From a virus (Duplodnaviria > Caudoviricetes): a stretch of 57,441 nucleotides of DNA. Shown piece after piece: positions 32,292-41,180 of this stretch. The translations under genes and the position numbers were made by a program. The first letter of the stretch is position 1, and each line of letters starts with the position of its first letter. The notes beneath the pieces are model-generated. The model was not told the DNA's origin and made no database searches. It was given only the letters and a program-made list of their open reading frames with translations. The stretch spans positions 1-57,441 of IMG/VR virus record IMGVR_UViG_3300020445_001222; one strand, written 5' to 3'.

Positions 32292-34190
32292 TTATCCTCT
32301 TTTTAGCTCTCCGTTGCTATAACTAGATGTTACTTTAAATCCAACGCCAGAAATCTTCTCACCTGAAGATATTGTGTCTTTAACCATATTTATCGTACTT
32401 TTTGAAACATCAAACTCAAGATATAAATCTTTTAATCCAACTACATCATTGGATTCTGGGAATGCTTGAATTTCAATGACATCATCTGCTACAACAGTAC
32501 TTGTAATTAGAGTCGTTGATAAAATAACTTCTCCTTTTTCATAATCAACAACACCTGCAGATTTTATAACAACTCTATTTTCTCCAGTTTCTTCGATTGG
32601 TTTAACAATTGAAAGAACACCTTTCTTTTTGTCTGGGTTTGGAATATCTGTCAAATAAACAACGTCTGATTCGTTAACAATCTTAAATCCACTACTTTTT
32701 ATGTTAAATCCTGCAGGATTTACATGGAATTTGTTACCAAAACACAATTCATACTGTGCTTCTTGATTTATAAGTGCTCTTAAATTTCTTCTGACTATAA
32801 CTCTAGTAATATTAGAGGTTATAGAGCGATCTACATCATCAACTACATTCAAAATCTTACTATATTTAAATCTACCACCAAATTTACTCAATTCTACTGA
32901 ATCTGAGTAAGATTGGAGAGCATTTACAACATTTGTTTTTAGATTATTAACATTTGTAACTTGAGATGAGTTATAATAGACTGAAGAATCCACTTCAACA
33001 TAAAGAATTTTAATATCAACAAGTTTTTGGTTGATTCCTGTTAATGAATAACTCTTTAATTTACTTAAAATAAAATCTTTATCAAAATCAGACACAAAAT
33101 CGCCATTTTTTGGTTTAATACTGATTTTAACAGTACCAAATTCAGGTGGATCTAACTCTTCACCACCTACAACTGAGATAGATTCGGTGTTTGGGTAGAT
33201 GTTTTGTATAATTGCCTCATAATCTCTTGCTGTAACTGCTCTAAATTGTGCAGCATACAGTCTTGGAGCAAAATATTTAACAGATTCTATTGGTTCTATG
33301 TCTGTTCCACTTGTACTTTTTGTAAGTGTGGTTAATTTTGCTGTTGTTACAGTAACAGGATTGTTTAAATTGTCTTTAAATGTACCTGAAAAAGAGAAAT
33401 TAGCAGCACCATTACCTCCTGATCCATCTGTAACTATGTAAGAAATGAATATTTCTGTACCATTTTCCAATTTTTTACCAAAAATACCATCACCAAAGAG
33501 TAATTCATACTTTTCATCTTGTACTTCTTGAATTAAATATATCTCTGAATCGCTATCAATGCCAATAATGTTGTCTACGAGAGAATATTCTCTCCCAGGA
33601 CCAGTTTCTCCATCACCTCTTACCGTAACAACGATGGTTTGTATGTCTATAAATGAGTTATCAAGTAAAAAACGTTGATCTAAACTACCATCAACCTTAA
33701 ATTTCTTCCTTAAAAGCGATCCCTGATACACTAAAACTGGATTTTCAATGGTTCCAAACTGTGCTTTACCATTTACTACTGATGTAGTAATAGTTTCTGG
33801 TATTGAAAATATATAAGAACTATCATTTGTTGCACCAACACACACAGGTCCTCTTGCTTCAAGTGTTATTGATGGTAAACTTGTAGAACATTCTACATCT
33901 AATAGTATACTTGCCCTAGAAGCTGTTCTAGAACGAGGAACATATCCTATTCCTCTTGCTAAAGAGACAACATTTTCCCTTAAAGTTGCAGAATCTAAGA
34001 AAGATTCATTAACAATCATATTCGCATTAAACGAATTTATGTAAGTATTATATGCTAAAGTGTTTAAAAGAACCGAAAAGTTGGATCCTTCAAAATCAAA
34101 ATCAGTAAAAGTAGAGTTTGCTCTCAGATAATCTTTTAACTGGGTCTTGATTTGATCAAAATCTAAGTTTGTAAATTTAGTAAAAGGCAT
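32292..34190 (-). CDS. gp6: Baseplate wedge subunit
   Basis: LDFDQIK, DFDFEGSN, ESFLDSATLRENVVSLA, RAVTARDYE motifs. Confidence 0.95.
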   Translation of the reverse strand: MPFTKFTNLDFDQIKTQLKDYLRANSTFTDFDFEGSNFSVLLNTLAYNTYINSFNANMIVNESFLDSATLRENVVSLARGIGYVPRSRTASRASILLDVECSTSLPSITLEARGPVCVGATNDSSYIFSIPETITTSVVNGKAQFGTIENPVLVYQGSLLRKKFKVDGSLDQRFLLDNSFIDIQTIVVTVRGDGETGPGREYSLVDNIIGIDSDSEIYLIQEVQDEKYELLFGDGIFGKKLENGTEIFISYIVTDGSGGNGAANFSFSGTFKDNLNNPVTVTTAKLTTLTKSTSGTDIEPIESVKYFAPRLYAAQFRAVTARDYEAIIQNIYPNTESISVVGGEELDPPEFGTVKISIKPKNGDFVSDFDKDFILSKLKSYSLTGINQKLVDIKILYVEVDSSVYYNSSQVTNVNNLKTNVVNALQSYSDSVELSKFGGRFKYSKILNVVDDVDRSITSNITRVIVRRNLRALINQEAQYELCFGNKFHVNPAGFNIKSSGFKIVNESDVVYLTDIPNPDKKKGVLSIVKPIEETGENRVVIKSAGVVDYEKGEVILSTTLITSTVVADDVIEIQAFPESNDVVGLKDLYLEFDVSKSTINMVKDTISSGEKISGVGFKVTSSYSNGELKRG

Positions 34191-34191
34191 A

Positions 34192-34593
34192 TTATCTTGT
34201 TGCTTCTAATAGGAATGTGTAATTTTGTACTGGTGCCGATAATCCAACTAACGCAAACGAAATATGTACCTCAAAAGCATTATCATCTGGTTGTGCGTCT
34301 ACTTTAACTCTTAAATTGGATACTCTTGGCTCAAAATTAAGTATTGATTCTTTAATTTCACGTTCAATTACCGATGCTGTAGCAAAATCGACGAAGTCAA
34401 ACAATGATTTACGAACATTTGATCCGAAGAGACTATCAAAAAATCTTTCTCCACGAATAGTTTGAACGATATTACTTACTGATTTACGAATACACGCAGT
34501 ATCTTTTAATACAACTAGGTCTTTTGTAACAGGGTGTGGTTCAAAAGACAAACTTATATCTCTAAATCCTCGTGATACTAATTGATCAGGCAT
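34192..34593 (-). CDS. gp25: Baseplate wedge subunit
   Basis: FRDISLSF..HPVT, GERFF, FEPRV motifs. Confidence 0.93.
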   Translation of the reverse strand: MPDQLVSRGFRDISLSFEPHPVTKDLVVLKDTACIRKSVSNIVQTIRGERFFDSLFGSNVRKSLFDFVDFATASVIEREIKESILNFEPRVSNLRVKVDAQPDDNAFEVHISFALVGLSAPVQNYTFLLEATR

Positions 34594-34650
34594 TTATACA
34601 ATGATTTATACAATACTTCTTCATTGTATTTAGCATGGTTTTACAATAAG

Positions 34651-35157
34651 TTAGAAAGGCCAATGATTATTTGGTTGTTCCCACCAAAAATGGAGGTCAA
34701 ATTGCTCATTATCATAGTATAAAGATACAAAATCGCTCTTAAAACTACTATGTATGTTCTCACAAAGAGCAACAGACCATATATCAGCACCTGATGCCTT
34801 AGTCATAACATCACACATCCAAGTATAGTTACTTCCACGAATTACTCCTGCTTCAATTAAGACGAATTTATCCCATCTATTCTGCCATTTCATGAAGTTT
34901 TGAGTAAATTCAGTACGATATTCTCGTATATCTTCATCAGGAAAGGGTACATTAACTGCTTCAACATGAAAAATCTCCCTATCCACTGAAAGCGAATGAG
35001 AGAGATGTTGCGTTACTATAGCAGAATAATCAGGAGAGACCATTAAAAAGCAGGTATCAGAAGGATTAATAGGCAAATTCGCCATTTTTATCCTATAGGT
35101 CATCTCTTGGATGAGTGCCCTTTCTTTATCTTCCGATATAAAGAGCAGATTCTTCAT
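34651..35157 (-). CDS. Hypothetical protein, possible phosphoribosyltransferase fold
   Basis: FVLIEAGVIRGSNY resembles a PRPP-binding loop; C-terminal HFWWE. Confidence 0.6.
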   Translation of the reverse strand: MKNLLFISEDKERALIQEMTYRIKMANLPINPSDTCFLMVSPDYSAIVTQHLSHSLSVDREIFHVEAVNVPFPDEDIREYRTEFTQNFMKWQNRWDKFVLIEAGVIRGSNYTWMCDVMTKASGADIWSVALCENIHSSFKSDFVSLYYDNEQFDLHFWWEQPNNHWPF

Positions 35158-35276
35158 TTTTTACCCTGTCCTCTATATCTTTTACGAGCCGAGTTACGCG
35201 AGGATGCAGCAAATTTTGAGTGTTTTCCTCTTCCTTGCCGAGATTTTTTCGGGTGTGCTTCGATTTTGTTTGCCAT
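35154..35276 (-). CDS. Small very basic protein (40 aa)
   Basis: MANKIEAHPKKSRQGRGKHSKFAASSRNSARKRYRGQGKK; ATGA overlap with next gene. Confidence 0.7.
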   Translation of the reverse strand: MANKIEAHPKKSRQGRGKHSKFAASSRNSARKRYRGQGKK

Positions 35277-35279
35277 AAG

Positions 35280-35438
35280 TTAATGTCTTACTGTTTCAAG
35301 TGTTTCAGGTCGAGGGGTTCCCTCGCTATAAAATTTCTGAGAAAGATCCATCATAGTATCGAAGTATTCTTCCTCAGTTAAGTCTTGGTAGACGAGTTTC
35401 CCGCCCACCTTGATATCAAATAATTCTACTCTTTTCAT
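35280..35438 (-). CDS. Small hypothetical protein (52 aa)
   Basis: MKRVELFDIKVGGKLVYQDLTEEEYFDTMMDLSQKFYSEG...; fills the gap. Confidence 0.65.
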   Translation of the reverse strand: MKRVELFDIKVGGKLVYQDLTEEEYFDTMMDLSQKFYSEGTPRPETLETVRH

Positions 35439-36315
35439 GTCCTACACGAATACGAGGATCGCACCAGATTTCAAAACCTGCTTCTTTCGCATCAAGACAG
35501 AAAGATACATCCTCCCCGCACATATCCTGCACTTCTCCTGAATCAAAGACTTGCATCTTAGGTGCGAACCATGGATAAGGCATTTCCTTATGCTCAAATA
35601 CTCCATTTTTAATCAGTAACCATCCAAAACCTGTATAGTCTACTGTAAAAGGTTTGCGTCTCTTCTGTATAGTTTCAAGAGTTTCATGATTCATAACTCC
35701 ACCATTGTTGCGGAAATCATCTTCCTCCAACCAGTGTGCAACTGAAGTAGTATGACCATCTTCAGTACAATACCAACCACCACAGATAGATCTTTCCTTA
35801 GTTGGATCAACATTAAGTTTCTCTCCAACTTTCTGTTTTGATACGTTTCCGTCTGCATCTAATACTGGATTACCATCCTTATCAATTATTTCCTGAATTA
35901 CATCTTCTCTAGTGACTGCTTCTTCTGGTACAGACATCAATACTAATTGATAGAACTTCTCAGAGTTGAAAACAATATCACTATCAATCCATAATTGATA
36001 ATCATATTTTAATTTACCATCCCAAGGTATCTGATCAGGACCACGAAGAACGTTTGCTCCTAAACATTTACATCTTGCAAAGTTCACCATTGAACTATAG
36101 TCTTGAGAAATCTGAATACTTGCTCCTGCTTGTACTAGATCAAAACATAGTTGAACGAATGACTTTAAAAAGATATAACTTACACCTCTACCAGGTAAAC
36201 AGAATACTACTGTTTTTCCTTTTATTAATTGTCTTGCTAAAGCATAATCCCATTCTTCCTTCTTTGGTTTAGACTTGACAGGGGTCTTTGCTTTAACGGT
36301 AAATCCTTTAGCCAT
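35416..36315 (-). CDS. Glycosyltransferase-like protein (GT-A fold)
   Basis: LWIDSDIVF DxD motif, YTGFGWLLIK, GEDVSFC, RVGHEK. Confidence 0.8.
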   Translation of the reverse strand: MAKGFTVKAKTPVKSKPKKEEWDYALARQLIKGKTVVFCLPGRGVSYIFLKSFVQLCFDLVQAGASIQISQDYSSMVNFARCKCLGANVLRGPDQIPWDGKLKYDYQLWIDSDIVFNSEKFYQLVLMSVPEEAVTREDVIQEIIDKDGNPVLDADGNVSKQKVGEKLNVDPTKERSICGGWYCTEDGHTTSVAHWLEEDDFRNNGGVMNHETLETIQKRRKPFTVDYTGFGWLLIKNGVFEHKEMPYPWFAPKMQVFDSGEVQDMCGEDVSFCLDAKEAGFEIWCDPRIRVGHEKSRII

Positions 36316-36367
36316 AATTACGTAACTGTTACATACACATCATACACTATTATATAGTGGTTGTCAA

Positions 36368-36580
36368 TCAATAAGAATGTTCATCTAAAGAGGGTTTTTC
36401 TTTATGCATTTCTTTTACTTCGGTATATGATAAGTCTTCTTCTTTATATGATGTATGCATTAGACCAACCATTGCTTTAAGTGTAATCCAAGTTATTCTA
36501 AAATCCTCTTCTTTTACTGAATGTAGTATGCATTCATCCTTTGCATAGAAATGATATACAGTTTCAGTGTCTTTAACCAT
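36368..36580 (-). CDS. Hypothetical protein
   Basis: 70-aa ORF coupled to upstream gene. Confidence 0.7.
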   Translation of the reverse strand: MVKDTETVYHFYAKDECILHSVKEEDFRITWITLKAMVGLMHTSYKEEDLSYTEVKEMHKEKPSLDEHSY

Positions 36581-36752
36581 CTTTCTTTTCTGATAAAATT
36601 ATTTCATCCTGATCGGATAAGTCTAATTGTAGCACAGTTCCTTCATACCAACCCATATCGTTAACCATCCACTCAGGTAAATCAATCATAAAGTTTCCAG
36701 TTATAGGATCGACTTCTACGGGCGAAAAATTTTCTGCGGAATTTTTTTGCAT
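36573..36752 (-). CDS. AbrB/MazE-like small DNA-binding protein (59 aa)
   Basis: MQKNSAENFSPVEVDPITGNFMIDLPEWMVNDMGWYEGTVLQLDL...; swapped-hairpin pattern; AGGAG upstream. Confidence 0.65.
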   Translation of the reverse strand: MQKNSAENFSPVEVDPITGNFMIDLPEWMVNDMGWYEGTVLQLDLSDQDEIILSEKKDG

Positions 36753-36876
36753 ATCATGTAATTCTCCTTAAGGTTTCGTAGAGTATTTGACTTTATGTAT
36801 AATGTTCAATATTTACCTCTCGAATCGGGTCGTTTATAGCTTAATGGTACCTATGGATTTTATATACGGGGGGCAT

Positions 36877-36900
36877 AAACAAACCCCCGATCAACGGGGG
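36877..36900 (-). terminator. Probable intrinsic terminator ending the early array
   Basis: Minus strand CCCCCG-TTGAT-CGGGGG followed by TTTGTTT. Confidence 0.65.
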
Positions 36901-36927
36901 ACTGCTGTTCCACGAACTAATAAACTT

Positions 36928-37116
36928 TCATGGTTCGTAGACGTAACCTGATACAGGACACTTAGGAAGTGAAGAACCTGTATAATGAGGAGACCAATAA
37001 CCTGCAAGTTCAACGGTTGGGAGTGCGGGTTGATCAGTTACATAGTTTCCCGTATTGGAAAGAGTAACCCATTTACGACCCCTGCTTTTGAGGTCGCTTG
37101 CCATAATCAATCTCAT
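36928..37116 (-). CDS. Hypothetical early protein
   Basis: 62 aa; ATGA overlap with upstream gene. Confidence 0.65.
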   Translation of the reverse strand: MRLIMASDLKSRGRKWVTLSNTGNYVTDQPALPTVELAGYWSPHYTGSSLPKCPVSGYVYEP

Positions 37117-37541
37117 ACTGCAAACCTCTTAACGCTGTGGTACGAATTGTACTGTCTGCAGATCCCACGAATCTGTTGATCAGTATCCCACTTGGTGTCG
37201 TCGGGGAACTGATTATCTAACGTTCTGATTCTGCTGATTTTCTGCCAAACGGATGCAGTACTGTGTTTTGTCTCTGGGAAGAACTTGAAGAAAACTGCCC
37301 GTGCTTTTTCCATGTCTGCCTGATTCAGTAAGTACGCATTCAACAGGCACTCTGTTTCTTCATCCGTGTAAGGTGTCTTTTTAGCAGATGCTGCTTTCTT
37401 TGCATCCTCTAAAAGTTGCCTTCCTTTTTTGAATAGCAGTCTCTCCTCCCTATCAAAATTGTGGAGACCGAATGCTTTAACCTGATTCTGTAGATCGTTG
37501 AAAGTGTCTACTGCGTACTGTTCGGTTTCAGAAAATGGCAT
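37113..37541 (-). CDS. Hypothetical early protein with Myb/SANT-like segment
   Basis: PYTDEETECLLNAY...HSTASVWQKISRI; directly downstream of a repeat promoter. Confidence 0.7.
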   Translation of the reverse strand: MPFSETEQYAVDTFNDLQNQVKAFGLHNFDREERLLFKKGRQLLEDAKKAASAKKTPYTDEETECLLNAYLLNQADMEKARAVFFKFFPETKHSTASVWQKISRIRTLDNQFPDDTKWDTDQQIRGICRQYNSYHSVKRFAV

Positions 37542-37610
37542 GATGAATGTTTTTGTGTATAGAACTATTATAAGGGAGGAACCCTACGAATAGAATGGAA
37601 AGTGGACGGT

Positions 37611-37778
37611 TTAAGAAACTGGCACTTCCCAACTTGATTTTTCTATGTATCCACTACACTCTGTGCAGTAGAGTGCCGACCAACTAAAATGGTAGACCTT
37701 GGAAACTGTGGAGCAATCAGGGCAAGTGATTTCTTTTCCACTCTGCCCTGCTCTGGTGTAACGATCAACTTTTCTCAT
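37611..37778 (-). CDS. Small zinc-ribbon protein (55 aa)
   Basis: CPDC...CTEC; ATGA overlap upstream; stop inside the 37602 palindrome. Confidence 0.75.
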   Translation of the reverse strand: MRKVDRYTRAGQSGKEITCPDCSTVSKVYHFSWSALYCTECSGYIEKSSWEVPVS

Positions 37779-38011
37779 ACCAAAGAATCCAAACGTGATT
37801 GAGGAACCTCTTTAAATTCTGGTAGGTCATCATGCCCATCTTTAAACCACTTGTTGATATGGCGGGAGGTCGTTACAGACCAGAATTTCTCAGTCTTTAC
37901 AAATCCTTCACCGAAGATGTATGCTGCAACAGGTGTGCGGTATGAAAACAAAATCCGTGCGTCGGGTGTTTCTACCTCTGTCATGTTGGAAGCGATTGGT
38001 GTAAGTTGCAT
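37775..38011 (-). CDS. Conserved phage early hypothetical protein
   Basis: LFSYRTPVAA...WSVTTSRHINKW; AGGAG RBS; promoter upstream. Confidence 0.8.
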   Translation of the reverse strand: MQLTPIASNMTEVETPDARILFSYRTPVAAYIFGEGFVKTEKFWSVTTSRHINKWFKDGHDDLPEFKEVPQSRLDSLV

Positions 38012-38080
38012 TGATGCTCCTATTGGTGTATGTATTCATTATACTAAAAAACCCCCAGAGGTTGGGGGTTGTGTGTGCCA

Positions 38081-38485
38081 TTATTTGAATTGGTTGCTGG
38101 TTGCCAATTTTGAAGGAAGTTCGACCAACTGCTGAACTTTTGGTTTTGCCTGTTCTACAAGTTGAAGAGCGTGGGGTCTTACAAGGTTGAATCCTTTTAC
38201 AAGATCAGAAACCAGTGCATTGATTTCATACTCATGAATTGCCCATCTTTGCTTTACATCTTGAAGATAGCGTTGGGGGGTAATCAGTCCTCTTGCACTT
38301 GGGCGTTTTGGTGCTTTGGGTGCTGCTGATTTTTTGGAGACTTTCTTCAGAGGTGTTTTGTTTGCCTCTGGTAGATTTACCGTAACACCCCCTGAGAGTT
38401 CAACGGTTTGTCTCTTTACTGCTGTTGCCTTTGGTTTGCGAGTTCTGGTCTTGCGTACCGTAGGTGCTTTAGCAGATGCTGTCAT
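38081..38485 (-). CDS. Basic hypothetical protein with K/R/A/P-rich N-terminus
   Basis: 134 aa, bounded by two repeat elements. Confidence 0.75.
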   Translation of the reverse strand: MTASAKAPTVRKTRTRKPKATAVKRQTVELSGGVTVNLPEANKTPLKKVSKKSAAPKAPKRPSARGLITPQRYLQDVKQRWAIHEYEINALVSDLVKGFNLVRPHALQLVEQAKPKVQQLVELPSKLATSNQFK

Positions 38486-38595
38486 AGGAATTGATTCCGA
38501 TGTTTACTTTTATATTATAGACATTAAAAAACCCCTTTAGGGGGTTTAGTGTGCAGTTTGGTAACTGTCTTTAAAAATCATTGAGGATTGATGAT

Positions 38596-38799
38596 TTACG
38601 CATCCTCAACTGTGTTCCAGACGGAGATGAATTCGCTGATCCACAACGCTTGACGTTCTGGGAGTAATCCAAGGTCTTGCTCATCAGCACTGCATGCTGG
38701 AAGGTTGTGTTTTTTGCAGTAGTCTGAATAGACGTCACAGAGGAAGGCGATTGCATCATACTGGTTGTTTGGGATTTGAAAAGGGTTGTTTGTTGCCAT
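38596..38799 (-). CDS. Hypothetical early protein
   Basis: 67 aa; ATG only a few nt after the -10 box, possibly leaderless. Confidence 0.7.
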   Translation of the reverse strand: MATNNPFQIPNNQYDAIAFLCDVYSDYCKKHNLPACSADEQDLGLLPERQALWISEFISVWNTVEDA

Positions 38800-38860
38800 G
38801 TCTGTATTATAAGCAAAAAAGAGACCCCTGTTAAGGGGTCTTGTACCACTTATTCAATTG

Positions 38861-38971
38861 TCATAGAACTGTGCCTTCTTCGGATACTTCAACAATATCC
38901 TCAAGAACTGCAAGGATTTCATTTCCATTGTCAGCGTTGTCAAGAAGGAATTCTGCGAATGCTTGTGACAT
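38861..38971 (-). CDS. Small acidic peptide (36 aa)
   Basis: MSQAFAEFLLDNADNGNEILAVLEDIVEVSEEGTVL; stop at edge of palindrome. Confidence 0.6.
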   Translation of the reverse strand: MSQAFAEFLLDNADNGNEILAVLEDIVEVSEEGTVL

Positions 38972-38996
38972 GATAATAGGAGTGTCGGTTTACAAG

Positions 38997-39189
38997 GTGG
39001 GACTTACAGGACGTAATTTCTCTGCTGAACAGAGACAACCATAGATCCTTGCCCTGAAAAAATGATGTGGGACTTACATCTTCAAAACTCGCAATGAGTA
39101 CAAGAGGTTCGTCTTAAAGAGATTTCCACAGCGTCACCAAAAATGGAATTACTGAATTGGTTCTCACCCGTGCCTTGCGTTTGCCCACA
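38997..39189 (-). ncRNA. Candidate two-domain structured RNA / long 5' leader
   Basis: Starts at predicted TSS; GTGGG...CCCAC closing stem; two units each GGGCAA...TGTAAGTCCCAC. Confidence 0.55.
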
Positions 39190-39238
39190 ATGTTATTATA
39201 CAAGTTTTAAGGGGACTTGTAACCCCAATTGTGCCAGT

Positions 39239-39367
39239 TTAAGAAATGTCCTCCTGTAGTCTGAAGGTTGAACGTGGTCTGATACAATCTACAATGAGAT
39301 GATACTCATCTCTGTCCTCGTAGATTTTAAGTAGTGCTTCATACACTTTAGGATCAAGCGGTTGCAT
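39239..39367 (-). CDS. Small hypothetical protein (42 aa)
   Basis: MQPLDPKVYEALLKIYEDRDEY...; stop inside palindrome. Confidence 0.5.
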   Translation of the reverse strand: MQPLDPKVYEALLKIYEDRDEYHLIVDCIRPRSTFRLQEDIS

Positions 39368-39626
39368 AAGACCTCCCGAATCTTTCTGCGTAGTATGAGA
39401 TGTTAACATAGTCCCTCTTCAGAGTACAGATTTGGACGATTTCCGCCAATGCCAACCAATGGTCTGATGAATAGACATCTGGATTGCCCCATTCAGAAAC
39501 TGCTATTTCATTTTCAATATCGAAAGATCCATTCTCTAAAGCGGGACAACTCATAAGAGTTCCATCTTCAGATATCCAGAATCCCATTCCAAATGAGTGG
39601 GAGAAAACGATTTCAGGTTTTGGCAT
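39354..39626 (-). CDS. Hypothetical early protein
   Basis: 90 aa; GGAGG RBS; promoter upstream. Confidence 0.75.
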   Translation of the reverse strand: MPKPEIVFSHSFGMGFWISEDGTLMSCPALENGSFDIENEIAVSEWGNPDVYSSDHWLALAEIVQICTLKRDYVNISYYAERFGRSYATA

Positions 39627-39690
39627 TTACCTCCGTGTGTATGGTCTTATTATAACCCCCACCAGTAGCAGTGGGGGAAAAAGTGGACAG

Positions 39691-40611
39691 TTATGCAACT
39701 GGTACAAATCGTCCACTGTTGAAGTTCGCATATGAGAAAATATGCCTATAAACTAATTTGTGCATCCCGTACTGATTAGTCTTTACAAACCCTTCACCTA
39801 TATGCTTATCATATCCTAGGTATGCCTGAACAGAATCATTATGGGTCAACCTACTCATGACCTCCCCTTTAATCGATTGTACTAATTGCCAGTACTTCAT
39901 TAACCCTGCATGGATCCCGTAATTTTTGGGATCCACTTCTCTACCTTCCCTATAATCTTTATTTATTTTTTTCTTTAACTCCTTCGCCGTTTTCTCATCT
40001 ACAAACTGGACCCCCTTCGCCATGTACCTGACAAAGTCAATTGACTTTTCCAACTCACTAATCGGTTCTCTTTCTCTGACCTCAGTGCCAACAAACAGAC
40101 ACTCATCCTGCTTTTCCCAATTATAAAAATAGGGAAACGACTTCATAGGGTGTGCTTCGGCATTTGCAAGATTGCCTTCACACTGCGTGGTAATGTACTG
40201 GGTATGTGGTGCAATTATTATTTTCTGCTCTACCACGTCGGGGAATTTATAGGTAAGGGTATTGGGTTTATATTCGTCAGAACCCCCGAACCCTATGAAG
40301 TCACCTTGAAAAACCATGTAACCTAAGCGGTGTGGTATGTGGTCTAAACACGCATGGAGAATTCTTGCAACTTCTCCACTGTGATTTGCGTCTATGTCCT
40401 CGTGTGAGTAATTGATCTTGATTTTGATCTTATTAAAGACGCTTTTAGTTCCCACAAAGAATTTGTGAGTTTTGGGATGATTGCCCCATACCACGGCGGG
40501 TGCACCATCATATTTCAATGAGGTATGCCCACCCCCTGTGAACCAATCCAACACGGATAAATCCCCTGTTAGGATTGTATCTTCGGGATGCTCTAGGTGT
40601 GTGTTTTTCAT
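39691..40611 (-). CDS. Ligase-like covalent nucleotidyltransferase-fold protein
   Basis: MKNTHLEHPED start; motif I KYDG, FQGDF, EGFV and KLV in ligase order. Confidence 0.75.
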   Translation of the reverse strand: MKNTHLEHPEDTILTGDLSVLDWFTGGGHTSLKYDGAPAVVWGNHPKTHKFFVGTKSVFNKIKIKINYSHEDIDANHSGEVARILHACLDHIPHRLGYMVFQGDFIGFGGSDEYKPNTLTYKFPDVVEQKIIIAPHTQYITTQCEGNLANAEAHPMKSFPYFYNWEKQDECLFVGTEVREREPISELEKSIDFVRYMAKGVQFVDEKTAKELKKKINKDYREGREVDPKNYGIHAGLMKYWQLVQSIKGEVMSRLTHNDSVQAYLGYDKHIGEGFVKTNQYGMHKLVYRHIFSYANFNSGRFVPVA

Positions 40612-40676
40612 ACTCTTAGTATAGCAATAAAAAACCCCCTCTTGGGGGTTGAGTGTGCCACTTTAAAGACTGTCCT

Positions 40677-40826
40677 CTATTGGAGTAATGAGAGATGAGA
40701 ACGAAGGAAATCCTTTGTGAATACATCTGTACCAAAGAATTCTTCAATGAAATAATCAACTGTTATTTCTTCCCTAGCACAGAAAATCTCAACGACTTTC
40801 CACTCAAGGTCAGTTAGTTCAGGCAT
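40677..40826 (-). CDS. Small acidic protein (49 aa)
   Basis: MPELTDLEWKVVEIFCAREEITVDYFIEEFF...; AGGAG RBS. Confidence 0.65.
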   Translation of the reverse strand: MPELTDLEWKVVEIFCAREEITVDYFIEEFFGTDVFTKDFLRSHLSLLQ

Positions 40827-40948
40827 AAGACTCCTTTGGGGTGTACTCTTTTAATATAAGCGATCTTATGCACGAATGGGAATTATGGGTGCCACTTTGC
40901 CAACTGGATTCAGGCTGGAATTTTTGCCAATAAAAAAGGACAGTTGGG

Positions 40949-41110
40949 TTACTGTCCGTTTGTGTAAGATCCCATCAGGCAATTGCCGTATCTTACTTCT
41001 GCGTATCCGTACTCTTCGGATAAGTCGAGGCATAATCCCCAACAGTCGTCAAGGTCAACAAATGAGGAATTCTCATAAGGTGCGGATGGGCAGTGAACTG
41101 AATATCTCAT
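40949..41110 (-). CDS. Small hypothetical protein (53 aa)
   Basis: MRYSVHCPSAPYENSSFVDLDDCWGLCLDLSEEYGYAEVRYG...; promoter upstream; stop inside palindrome. Confidence 0.7.
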   Translation of the reverse strand: MRYSVHCPSAPYENSSFVDLDDCWGLCLDLSEEYGYAEVRYGNCLMGSYTNGQ

Positions 41111-41180
41111 AGTTTTAAATTCGTGTGTATGCTATTATTATAGACACGCAACCCCCCCATTTGGGGGATTGGTGTACACT

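Noticed and set aside
38571-38849. 92-aa minus-strand ORF
   Set aside because: Begins inside a promoter element and overlaps the better-placed 38596-38799 ORF
38997-39189. tRNA or c-di-GMP-I riboswitch
   Set aside because: No cloverleaf or TTCGA T-loop; GGGCAAA is present but the GNRA tetraloop/receptor architecture is not
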